Shown here: positions 17,546 through 25,665 of the stretch, piece after piece
How the letters are laid out: each line of letters starts with the position of its first letter
Position numbering within the stretch: position 1 is the first letter of the stretch
IMG/VR virus record: IMGVR_UViG_3300043409_000928
Location: 221,305-285,304 of that record
Length of the DNA stretch: 64,000 nucleotides
Strand: one strand, 5' to 3'
Notes under the pieces: model-generated
Told to the model about the DNA's origin: nothing
Database searches by the model: none
The model's input: the letters and a program-made list of their open reading frames with translations, nothing else
Program-made: the position numbers and the translations under genes

Positions 17546-17680
17546 TTATTTCACAATAGGCAGTTTTACAGCTACCTGTGCAATAGAGTCATATAGCCAT
17601 GATACATATATGCAATTAGATATTGATAACACGGCCACAAAAAAGGTTATTGCAAATAACCAAAATAGATATCTTGTCAT
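17546..17680 (-). CDS. 44-aa membrane peptide
   Basis: Hand translation MTRYLFWLFAITFFVAVLSISNCIYVSWLY...; SD AGGAG; ATGA-type overlap with upstream gene. Confidence 0.5.
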   Translation of the reverse strand: MTRYLFWLFAITFFVAVLSISNCIYVSWLYDSIAQVAVKLPIVK

Positions 17681-17880
17681 ATTGATTTTTCTCCTGTTAG
17701 ACCCGGACGAGAAAACCAAAGTTTAAACCATTCTTCTGTGCCCGGACGAATGTTATGTTTTTTCATATATTCGCCCTTCTCTGTTCCACCATGCGTTAGT
17801 GGACTGGCACTTTCAGCAGGTACAGTACTGTCAATCCCAGCAAGCTTTTTCAAACGCTCTAGATCAACTATATCTTGCAT
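17677..17880 (-). CDS. Small putative head-associated protein
   Basis: LKKLAGI motif shared with next gene. Confidence 0.6.
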   Translation of the reverse strand: MQDIVDLERLKKLAGIDSTVPAESASPLTHGGTEKGEYMKKHNIRPGTEEWFKLWFSRPGLTGEKSI

Positions 17881-17884
17881 ATTC

Positions 17885-18283
17885 TTATTCTTCCTCGCCG
17901 CCTTCAGCGTATTCTCTTAGATCTTCAATTAGGCCTTCAATGGACTTGCTCATACGGTCAACGTAACCATAACCACCCAGGCTGGTTTTAATGTGTGCAA
18001 ATGTGTAAGCTTCCATTGAGCGATACTCGTTGGGCAAATGGTGTTTCACCAGTGATTCAACACTTTCCAATGCCACACCCATTTCCTGTAACAGTTGCTC
18101 CAGATCATTGGCCAGTTCAGTGGCTTCTTCATTTGACATGCCAGTGCTGAGCTGTTCTTCAACTTGGGTGCCTGTTGCGGTGGAACTGTTGGCCAGGCCT
18201 GCCAATTTGCGAATGCGGCTAACATCATATGACTGATCAATGTTAATACTGCCCATTCCTTCTACTATCTGCTTCTTATCCAT
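17885..18283 (-). CDS. Putative internal head protein
   Basis: Start at MDKKQIVE|G with SD AAGGA; IRKLAGL motif. Confidence 0.6.
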   Translation of the reverse strand: MDKKQIVEGMGSINIDQSYDVSRIRKLAGLANSSTATGTQVEEQLSTGMSNEEATELANDLEQLLQEMGVALESVESLVKHHLPNEYRSMEAYTFAHIKTSLGGYGYVDRMSKSIEGLIEDLREYAEGGEEE

Positions 18284-18764
18284 GTTGCTTTCCTTTGTGA
18301 GATTTGGTACGTTTGGCTGTCTTTTTACCATGTCTTCTGACTTTCTTTGGATGTGCTCTACCAAACCGTACCTTAATTATTTTTCCAGTGTCCGAATCCC
18401 TAATGTACAAGTAGAATTTTTTGCTACCTTTGTAATGATAGGGCTTTCCTAACACAACTTCTTTACCTTGATATTCAGCTTCTTTAATTTGTTCTTGCCC
18501 ATCTACAGGTGCGGCAGTTGGGAAAAACACCGCCAACTGCTTTCGCATTGTATCGGTTTGAACATCTACAGTAAGACTTGCACTCCATCTTGGATCTTTG
18601 GCTTCTTGTGAATTTCTAGCAATATACCCACTGGATTCATCTAGCATTTCAACTACTAAATCCTGCCCGTTGGCTTCGATTACTCTACCATATGTTTTAA
18701 CACCTGGTGCAATGAGTTCGATTACATCGCCTACAGTTGGGGAATCTAACTCCCAGATCTTCAT
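18276..18764 (-). CDS. Putative internal head protein with basic C-terminal domain
   Basis: MKIWEL N-term; LDE|S and IKE|AEYQGKEVVLGKP junctions; SD GGAGG and TAAATA. Confidence 0.6.
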   Translation of the reverse strand: MKIWELDSPTVGDVIELIAPGVKTYGRVIEANGQDLVVEMLDESSGYIARNSQEAKDPRWSASLTVDVQTDTMRKQLAVFFPTAAPVDGQEQIKEAEYQGKEVVLGKPYHYKGSKKFYLYIRDSDTGKIIKVRFGRAHPKKVRRHGKKTAKRTKSHKGKQHG

Positions 18765-18765
18765 A

Positions 18766-18797
18766 AAAAACCTCCACAGTATTTAGCAGAGGCTTTT
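18766..18797 (-). promoter_or_regulatory. Composite hairpin: TAAATA in loop, SD in 3' arm
   Basis: AAAAGCCTC-TGCTAAATACTGTG-GAGGTTTTT then ATG. Confidence 0.55.
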
Positions 18798-18816
18798 GGT
18801 TATTGATATGAATATA

Positions 18817-18930
18817 TCAAGCCATAGTAATAGCAATGAACGCCAACATAAACATCAGTACAGCACCCACAATAGGTAGCACAACATGTATGTGTTTGAC
18901 CACTGACTCTACTGGATCAGGCTGGTGCAT
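18817..18930 (-). CDS. 37-aa single-TM peptide
   Basis: Hand translation MHQPDPVESVVKHIHVVLPIVGAVLMFMLAFIAITMA. Confidence 0.55.
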   Translation of the reverse strand: MHQPDPVESVVKHIHVVLPIVGAVLMFMLAFIAITMA

Positions 18931-19042
18931 TGTACACAGCCTTGGCTTCTTCTACTCGGCCTTGACGAGCAAGACTTGCGGCCGCACGGGCTTGACCAAA
19001 TGCTTGTAAAAATGACCAGATTGCGTTGGTAAATGTTTTCAT
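18917..19042 (-). CDS. 41-aa Ala-rich amphipathic peptide
   Basis: Hand translation MKTFTNAIWSFLQAFGQARAAASLARQGRVEEAKAVYNAPA; ATGA coupling. Confidence 0.55.
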   Translation of the reverse strand: MKTFTNAIWSFLQAFGQARAAASLARQGRVEEAKAVYNAPA

Positions 19043-19200
19043 TGATACGTTTCCTTTTGATAGTTAAATTGTCGGATGTAGTTTTCCAACTGTGCGGCAT
19101 CGGTAATGCCTTTGTCTGCTAGATAAGCGTCTAGGCGGCTTTGGTAGTTAGAGCTGGGAAACATTTCTGCTAACCTTTCTAACATTCTTTCTAATAACAT
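19039..19200 (-). CDS. 53-aa DUF3563-like small protein
   Basis: MLLERMLERLAEMFPSSNYQSRLDAYLADKGITDAAQLENYIRQF; SD AAGGA. Confidence 0.55.
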   Translation of the reverse strand: MLLERMLERLAEMFPSSNYQSRLDAYLADKGITDAAQLENYIRQFNYQKETYQ

Positions 19201-19276
19201 TGTGTGTCCTTATAAGTGAGAAACGGCATCAGCTTTTGGCCGACACCGTTATAAAATTAAATTTTAGACGAGCTTC

Positions 19277-19504
19277 TTACTCGGCTGTTTTTTTAGTTGT
19301 TTTAGCCACGGTGTCGTATCCTGGAAGCTTGAATGCTTCTAGGCTTTTGTAAGCTTCTGTGGCCTGTGTTTTAACAGTCTCAGCAAAGCGAGTGTTGACA
19401 TCGGTAATAGTTTTTGTAAATTCAACTGATGCGGCTGTTAACTGCGTAGCGAATTCTTGTGTCAACTTGGCGTTGGCTTGAAATGATTTGTATAAATCGA
19501 ACAT
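19277..19504 (-). CDS. Phasin-like amphipathic helical protein
   Basis: Ala/Thr/Lys-rich helix ending TTKKTAE; TGC-N3-GCA palindrome in its promoter. Confidence 0.5.
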   Translation of the reverse strand: MFDLYKSFQANAKLTQEFATQLTAASVEFTKTITDVNTRFAETVKTQATEAYKSLEAFKLPGYDTVAKTTKKTAE

Positions 19505-19587
19505 TTTGTTTTCCTTTAATAAGCAAATGTTTAGTAGCCTCTAATGAGCACTACCTACTAAGTAGAAACGCTATCAGCGTTTGTACT

Positions 19588-19618
19588 AGTATAACATATA
19601 TATGTTGCGGTGCAACAT
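19588..19618 (-). promoter_or_regulatory. sigma70 promoter overlapped by ATGTTGC-N3-GCAACAT palindrome (PhaR-box-like)
   Basis: TTGCAC-16-TATACT; perfect 7-bp inverted repeat 19602-19618. Confidence 0.6.
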
Positions 19619-19652
19619 CATTGTAGCCCGTTTTAAAGGATTTTACGGGATT

Positions 19653-20666
19653 TTAGTGACCATTCACTAATTTTGCAAATAGACCACTGGCCAGGTTCTT
19701 GCCTTTGCTTTCACACTGAATATCAAAGCGGTCAGCAAATGTGGCGGCCCAATCGTTCACTGCTGAGTTCCAGTAAAAGTCTGAGTGTGCTCTGAGCTTT
19801 TGTTTCTTATAACCCTGAGCCAATAAATTGGCCATGTCCGGCATAGTGTCTGAGTCATGCCCAACCAAATAATCTTCCCTACTCACACTATAATGCATGG
19901 CAGGTCGGACACCACGCCAGCTATCAATCACACGTGACACTCTATCGTTGGTGGGCTGAATGTATTCACCTGTACGAATCCAGTGATGGTGTATGTCAAG
20001 CACCAGGGCACAATGCTTGGCCAGCTCAAGGCTTGAGTCAATGCCCCAGGCATTTTCATCGTTTTCAATGGTGATGCAGTTGCGGGCTTCTGGCGACAAT
20101 CGTTCAAGGGCTGATACAATGCCGGCAGGTCCTTGCTTGCCTGAGATGTGTACATTGATCTTAAAGTCCTGGAACGACTTTCCGTATCCCATCCAGCGAA
20201 CCAAGTCTGCATGATATTCAAACTCCAAAATACTACGCTCAACAATGCCAGGATTCTCACTGGCCAATACACAAAACTGACCTGGGTGAAAACTTAGACG
20301 CACGTCTAATCTACGTGCGGCTTCACCTACAGGAGCAAAGATTCTAGCACAATGATCCTGCACGTCTGTTTGCTTCCAAAAAGGAATCCATTCTTCGTGT
20401 GTGTAGCCCTGTAACATTTCACTACCCAGGCGCACCATGCGTCTATGTTCAGGCAAAGTGGCCACACGTTCAACTAACAGCAGAGCCGCTCTAGCATTGT
20501 GGTTCATGATGTCCCACTGACGTTGTTCAGCTTCACTTTTGTGTTCACGTAGCCAGCGCATGGTGGTGCTACGTCCGTTTAAGTCTCGATCCACAGCACT
20601 GACTTTCATGCCAGCCACTTCACTAGGATCATTGATCCACTTACAACAAAAACCCACACGACCCAT
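19653..20666 (-). CDS. uvsE: UV damage endonuclease
   Basis: GRVGFCCK, MVRLGSEML, RLSFHPGQFCVLAS, ITIENDE, LVLDIHHH, IQCESKGKN. Confidence 0.93.
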   Translation of the reverse strand: MGRVGFCCKWINDPSEVAGMKVSAVDRDLNGRSTTMRWLREHKSEAEQRQWDIMNHNARAALLLVERVATLPEHRRMVRLGSEMLQGYTHEEWIPFWKQTDVQDHCARIFAPVGEAARRLDVRLSFHPGQFCVLASENPGIVERSILEFEYHADLVRWMGYGKSFQDFKINVHISGKQGPAGIVSALERLSPEARNCITIENDENAWGIDSSLELAKHCALVLDIHHHWIRTGEYIQPTNDRVSRVIDSWRGVRPAMHYSVSREDYLVGHDSDTMPDMANLLAQGYKKQKLRAHSDFYWNSAVNDWAATFADRFDIQCESKGKNLASGLFAKLVNGH

Positions 20667-20688
20667 ACATTCTCCTTATGTGTATGTT

Positions 20689-20717
20689 ATTGTAAATGAA
20701 AACAGCGGTTATGTCAA
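20689..20717 (-). promoter_or_regulatory. sigma70-type promoter of uvsE
   Basis: TTGACA-17-TACAAT. Confidence 0.8.
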
Positions 20718-20749
20718 CTGCTGTGTATAGTGCCACGAAGCAGGGACGA

Positions 20750-20957
20750 AATGAAAATAGTCAAACAGCAAACGTCAAATAGCTAATATCAAACATGGGT
20801 CTTTTGTTTAGGCATCACATCAAACATCAAAGTATTTTTTTGATGCCTAAACAAGACAATTTGGAATTAGTTGTTCAAACTAAGCCATAGGTTCATCAAT
20901 TAAGATGATGTATTTTCATTCCCCACCCTGGACTAAGTGTGGCAGTCTTAGTCTAGC
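20750..20957 (-). ncRNA. Candidate structured RNA downstream of the 191-aa coiled-coil gene
   Basis: Perfect 13-bp inverted repeat 20805-20817/20841-20853, GACTAAG/CTTAGTC hairpin over the stop codon, repeated TTTGA(T/C) motifs. Confidence 0.35.
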
Positions 20958-21523
20958 CCAAGTTCAGAAAGCACAAGTGCAATCTGTTCGGGTACTTCAA
21001 ACTCTGTACGGACATTGATACTGACCATCTCGTCCTTGATCTTGCGTCGACGTCGACGAATCGTTTCAAGACTGCGCTTGGCTTCATCCAGCAGTTCCTG
21101 TGTGGCAACATTCACTGTTACTTCATATGTGCGACCATAGATACTGCGCTCACTGTCTTTGGATTCTCGGCGAGATGCAATTTCTTGTGTGAGTGAATCC
21201 ATGACAGGACGAACTTCAAGTTCGGTAATAGTTTTGACACGACTCTCTGCACTGGCCAACATTGCTTCTTCTGCAAGGTAGTCAGTGATGCCAATTTCGG
21301 CATTTTTCTTGGCAACCATGGCACGAATGAAACGGTTTGCTTCAAGCAAGCGGCCCACCCGCTGGTTGTTTTCACGGACCAGTTGTAATTGGCTGTTCAA
21401 CTTTGCCTCAATGTCAGTATCAAAAAGACTGATGCTTAATGCAGACTTTTCTGTGCCTAGACGCTTGATTTCGTCGATGATTGTTTGCTGGACCACACTG
21501 GCCTTGCGTAGATTAATCTTCAT
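20948..21523 (-). CDS. Coiled-coil hypothetical phage protein
   Basis: MKINLRKA...; heptad-rich; SD AAGGA. Confidence 0.7.
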   Translation of the reverse strand: MKINLRKASVVQQTIIDEIKRLGTEKSALSISLFDTDIEAKLNSQLQLVRENNQRVGRLLEANRFIRAMVAKKNAEIGITDYLAEEAMLASAESRVKTITELEVRPVMDSLTQEIASRRESKDSERSIYGRTYEVTVNVATQELLDEAKRSLETIRRRRRKIKDEMVSINVRTEFEVPEQIALVLSELGLD

Positions 21524-21561
21524 TTGTTTGTCCTTTAAGTTGTAATTTGCTCTATGTGATA

Positions 21562-21590
21562 ATTATATAGGTATTACACTGTGGTGTCAA
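21562..21590 (-). promoter_or_regulatory. sigma70-type promoter
   Basis: TTGACA-17-TATAAT. Confidence 0.85.
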
Positions 21591-22032
21591 TGTCTTTTGG
21601 ACATCTTGGCAAAGTAAATTTGCCGTAGCTTTTCATAATAAGAAGTCCATTGGTATCATTGGCTCGAATGGTACCATTTAATTCAATACAGTCATGAAGA
21701 ACAGTGGGAATCACCTGTGCAAACAGCCACCTGTCAATTCGTGCCGCTCGAACAAACTCGTTGTTCAACTGCAAGGTGTACGAATTATTACCGCCTGACA
21801 AGTCCCATATTGCGGCAGACATTGCATAATCCATATAGGTCATAAGTGCTCCGCCGTGTGTGACATTCATCACATTACGATGGCCCTTATGAGCATACCA
21901 GGCAAAATCACTTACACCGTGATCAGGAGAGAACCGATACCAAGCATGTAGTGTATGTGTGGCAAAGTCGTCCCAATGCTTGCTTCTAAGATTATAATTG
22001 AGTAATCTTAGGCCTGCCTGCGTGTATTTCAT
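21574..22032 (-). CDS. PaaI-type hotdog thioesterase
   Basis: NVMNVTHGGALMTYMD. Confidence 0.75.
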   Translation of the reverse strand: MKYTQAGLRLLNYNLRSKHWDDFATHTLHAWYRFSPDHGVSDFAWYAHKGHRNVMNVTHGGALMTYMDYAMSAAIWDLSGGNNSYTLQLNNEFVRAARIDRWLFAQVIPTVLHDCIELNGTIRANDTNGLLIMKSYGKFTLPRCPKDIDTTV

Positions 22033-22431
22033 TTAACCCTTCAGAATATTTCTGAAATAGGCCACAGCGGCTTCTTCAACCTGTTCGGGTGTGGCATCGT
22101 CAGGTACATCCAACTCTACATCGTCTGTGCTGGCTTCAACTTCCCAATTGAGTCCATCAGGCAGGACCTGATCAATTTCATAGCTGATCAAATCGCCTGC
22201 GGCTGATCCTTGCTCACTGTTGACAATATCAGTACCAAGTTGGAACATATAACAAATTTTTCCTTTGTCGTTCATGTGTTCTAGTACATCATCACTAATG
22301 ACAATGTCACCAATTTCATCTTCAATGATTTCGGTAATGTCTTCAAATTCAGTTTCGGTAAGTTCTCTGTCTACACAGATTCTTACATAGTGTTTAGGTT
22401 CAAGCGTTTCCATAATTCCATCCTTAATCAA
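22033..22431 (-). CDS. Acidic hypothetical protein
   Basis: 132-aa ORF coupled to neighbours. Confidence 0.6.
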   Translation of the reverse strand: MIKDGIMETLEPKHYVRICVDRELTETEFEDITEIIEDEIGDIVISDDVLEHMNDKGKICYMFQLGTDIVNSEQGSAAGDLISYEIDQVLPDGLNWEVEASTDDVELDVPDDATPEQVEEAAVAYFRNILKG

Positions 22432-23269
22432 AATTGAATCCCATTTGCCTTAGACTACTACTTACATTAGTTTTAGTCCATGATACTGCCATCCGTTCTA
22501 CCAGTCTCGTTGAGTAGCTGTAATTGCTATTGCCATCAAAGTAAACTTTATCATAATCTACAAATTCATCAAATTTTGTAGGCTCATATTTGCCGTTATG
22601 TAAAATGACCTTTGTTTGTATTCTCGGTTTGACCTTCCTCTGATGCACGGGCCATACTGGATGACCAACTGCCATGCCAAAAATTGGAAATGTTAGTTTG
22701 GGAAAACCAAACTCTTTTTCAAATAGTTCAACTGGTATTTGTCTAATTGCACCACAATACATTATGCCCAATTTCATTGATTCTGCCGCACTGGCAAAGG
22801 CCTGCGCGGCAATTGTTGCATCAATGATTGCCTTTAAATGATATTCGGCTCTGCTTGTTTGTTTTAAAATCTCACTACTAAAAGGAGTTGTTTTATGAAT
22901 TTCATGTAATAAAAAATCTATCCTGGACAGGTCAGCAATCCATATCAAGAAAACTGGAGCAGTCTTGATTACCCCAACATTGTAAGAATCAACTGCACCA
23001 ATGGCCTCTCTGGCCAGTCTTGTTGAAAATAATTTTTCTTTGTCTTCTGCGGTAGTTAAAGCCAAGACACTATAGGTCTGCAACATGCCACTGGTTGAAG
23101 CACTTTGCGCCACTGCCAATAAAACTTCTAATGTTCCAGCATCCAACGGTTGTGTTTTAAAATCTCTAACGGTAGACCTTGACAGTTGAGATTGAATATA
23201 GTCATTTAATGGAATGTTGGGAGTGTCCAATGGCAGGCCAAACCTACGCTGATATAAATTTAAATCCAT
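22424..23269 (-). CDS. NfsA/Frp-family nitroreductase (flavin reductase)
   Basis: RSTVRDF, AQSASTSGMLQTYS, DATIAAQ..AAESMKLGIMYCGAIR, GMAVGHP. Confidence 0.85.
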   Translation of the reverse strand: MDLNLYQRRFGLPLDTPNIPLNDYIQSQLSRSTVRDFKTQPLDAGTLEVLLAVAQSASTSGMLQTYSVLALTTAEDKEKLFSTRLAREAIGAVDSYNVGVIKTAPVFLIWIADLSRIDFLLHEIHKTTPFSSEILKQTSRAEYHLKAIIDATIAAQAFASAAESMKLGIMYCGAIRQIPVELFEKEFGFPKLTFPIFGMAVGHPVWPVHQRKVKPRIQTKVILHNGKYEPTKFDEFVDYDKVYFDGNSNYSYSTRLVERMAVSWTKTNVSSSLRQMGFNFD

Positions 23270-23270
23270 A

Positions 23271-24821
23271 TTAACTTGTTATACTGCCTCTCAATGAGCT
23301 CTTAAATGGCTGGTGCAAGACTCTATTATTACCACCTTGTAGATAATAGTTGTTGGTGTATGTTGCACCGCCGCCAGGCAAACCACTGGGATTTTCATTA
23401 AGAGCATTGAGAGTACTGTTTTCAATTAGCCAAGCCAAGCAATCTGCGGCTGTTGCTGTGGGCCGTAGTTGCAAGACGCAAGCCAGAACTCCAGTAACTT
23501 GCGGACATGCCATACTGGTTCCTGATACTTTATTAAGATAAAATGAGCCGTTTCTTGGATCAGGTACAGCATTAGTTGCATACGGTTTGTTGGCATAGGC
23601 ACCCATGACCATGCTACCGGGAGCATAGATATTAACCCTAGGACCAGTTTCGCTGAAGTTGCTTTTTCTTTCCAAGGCTGGATTAGTTTGTATGGTATCA
23701 ACAGCACCAACATTGATAAAGCCTGTGGCACGAGTTGGACTGCTTCCACGATGATAGTAGGTCACGCCATAGTATGAATTGTAATAGTTGTCATAGTCTA
23801 TTCCGCCAGGTATGTCTGCTTTGTGATAATAGTTGCCGGCTGCACCAACTAGAATAACTCCAGCATTGATACAGTTCGTTGCACTGACATCTAGGTAGTT
23901 GACCACATACGGGTGGAGAGAGCTGACTTGGCCATAAGTGGAATTCCTGCTGGTTGTGGTATATGTTGTTCCGCGCCATACAGTAGAACTGATTCCGCTG
24001 TAGCTAGAACGATACCCCCAGCTGTTGGTACAGATGGTGGGTCTGGCGTTACCAGCGGCAATCTTGGCCAGGTGAAATGCTCTAACTAGGTCAAAGGCAA
24101 TGTCTGAGTCGATGGCTCCTAGATAAGCACCAGTCCGAATGTTGTTGCCGCTGAAGATACGAATTGAATAGATGGCGGCACCGCTAGCCCAGCCTTGTGT
24201 ATTACCACAGCTTACGCTGGCACAGTGACTACCGTGTCCGTCGCTGTCACCAAGATAGCCACCAATGCTGGCGGAACTGGCAGTACCTGGAACACCAAGA
24301 CTTGCCCAGTTAAAATCCACTACACGACTGCCACCAGTGCCATCAGCATTGACAGCAAACTCAGGATGGTCGGGTTCTACACCTGCATCCATGACAATGA
24401 CATCAACGCCAGTACCATCTAGGTTGTAAGGAAATTCGGCAGTGACTGAGGTATTAGTACCATAAGGGTCAGCTTGATTTATACATCGATGTAACCCCCA
24501 ATTTTTCATCGAATTAGTTGTTGATCCTGGATGTCGATTATAATTGTAACTGGCACGAACTGCTGAGAATCCTTTTTCAACGCCTTCTTGTAAGTCGGCC
24601 TGCAATTCAACAAACGCTATTCTGCTGTCTTGTCTAATTTCTACAGCTTCTTCTTCTGTTAAATTAAAGTGAGCACAAAGATCATTGAATGGACGCTCGT
24701 TTAAAACCTGCAGGCTCCTTGAGGGAATAAAGTTATCGCCTAGTCCATCTGTTGTTAGTTCGTTCCACAATCCGCTGTCCCAGGATGCTGGATCTTTTAC
24801 GGTGATGATATATTCTTTCAT
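23271..24821 (-). CDS. Subtilisin-like S8 serine protease
   Basis: Catalytic triad VIVMDAG / DGHGSHCAS / SGTSMACPQV; oxyanion AAGN. Confidence 0.9.
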   Translation of the reverse strand: MKEYIITVKDPASWDSGLWNELTTDGLGDNFIPSRSLQVLNERPFNDLCAHFNLTEEEAVEIRQDSRIAFVELQADLQEGVEKGFSAVRASYNYNRHPGSTTNSMKNWGLHRCINQADPYGTNTSVTAEFPYNLDGTGVDVIVMDAGVEPDHPEFAVNADGTGGSRVVDFNWASLGVPGTASSASIGGYLGDSDGHGSHCASVSCGNTQGWASGAAIYSIRIFSGNNIRTGAYLGAIDSDIAFDLVRAFHLAKIAAGNARPTICTNSWGYRSSYSGISSTVWRGTTYTTTSRNSTYGQVSSLHPYVVNYLDVSATNCINAGVILVGAAGNYYHKADIPGGIDYDNYYNSYYGVTYYHRGSSPTRATGFINVGAVDTIQTNPALERKSNFSETGPRVNIYAPGSMVMGAYANKPYATNAVPDPRNGSFYLNKVSGTSMACPQVTGVLACVLQLRPTATAADCLAWLIENSTLNALNENPSGLPGGGATYTNNYYLQGGNNRVLHQPFKSSLRGSITS

Positions 24822-24830
24822 TTGTTATCC

Positions 24831-25655
24831 TTATAGCGCCGGCAATGTAGGCAGTAGTTCTTTTATTCTTGCATAATTAACTTCGTCAAGAAGAATTAAC
24901 CATTTTGTATCTACCCAAACTTTTACTTTTTTCTTTGTGGTATCAAAATACAATGTGCCATTATCTAGTGGACCAAGTGGTGGCACTGGAGGAACATCGT
25001 CCTTTTTAATCTGTGTAAATGCCAGTAACACTTCGGCATCGTTTGGATAGGCTGGCAATCTAGGAAATCCATTTTTAACTTCCTTGGTAGCGTACTTGTA
25101 AATTAATGCATTGCCATCCTTGACAGTTGTTGGCACTACATCTCGATCGTCATCTTTCCTAATAGGATCAATGTATAAGCCTTTGTTCTTCGCAACAATT
25201 TCTGTGTTACTGGTAGTGATAATAATGCTGTACGCTGGTTGATTGTTTTTCCCAGCTATATCACCAATGGCAATAGATCGGGCACCCTGTAGGGTGTTAC
25301 CAGCTTGGTCACCAATGGCAATGGCCTTGACGCCTTGTGTGCTGTTGCCGGCCTGATCTCCGATTGCAATGGCATTGATGCCTTGGGTTGTTTTCCCAGC
25401 TTGGTCACCAATGGCAATAGCATGAGTACCTTGTGTGAACTGCCCGGCTTGTGGACCAATGGCAATACCGTAAGTTGATTGATTGTTTTCACCTGCTTGA
25501 TCGCCAATGGCAATGGCATACGCACCAATTGGCCCATTGTTGCCAGCCTTGCGACCAACAGAAACTGAATAATTGTCTACTACTAAATCTTCGCTGGCAA
25601 ATCTGCCAATGGATACAGTATCATGTAGTAATCGATGTCGTGCTCTACTGGCCAT
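24831..25655 (-). CDS. Tail-fibre-associated protein with 14-aa AIAIGDQAG repeats
   Basis: About six AIAIGxQAGxxxQG repeats (YadA/Hep-Hag-like beta-roll). Confidence 0.7.
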   Translation of the reverse strand: MASRARHRLLHDTVSIGRFASEDLVVDNYSVSVGRKAGNNGPIGAYAIAIGDQAGENNQSTYGIAIGPQAGQFTQGTHAIAIGDQAGKTTQGINAIAIGDQAGNSTQGVKAIAIGDQAGNTLQGARSIAIGDIAGKNNQPAYSIIITTSNTEIVAKNKGLYIDPIRKDDDRDVVPTTVKDGNALIYKYATKEVKNGFPRLPAYPNDAEVLLAFTQIKKDDVPPVPPLGPLDNGTLYFDTTKKKVKVWVDTKWLILLDEVNYARIKELLPTLPAL

Positions 25656-25665
25656 ACACGAATCC

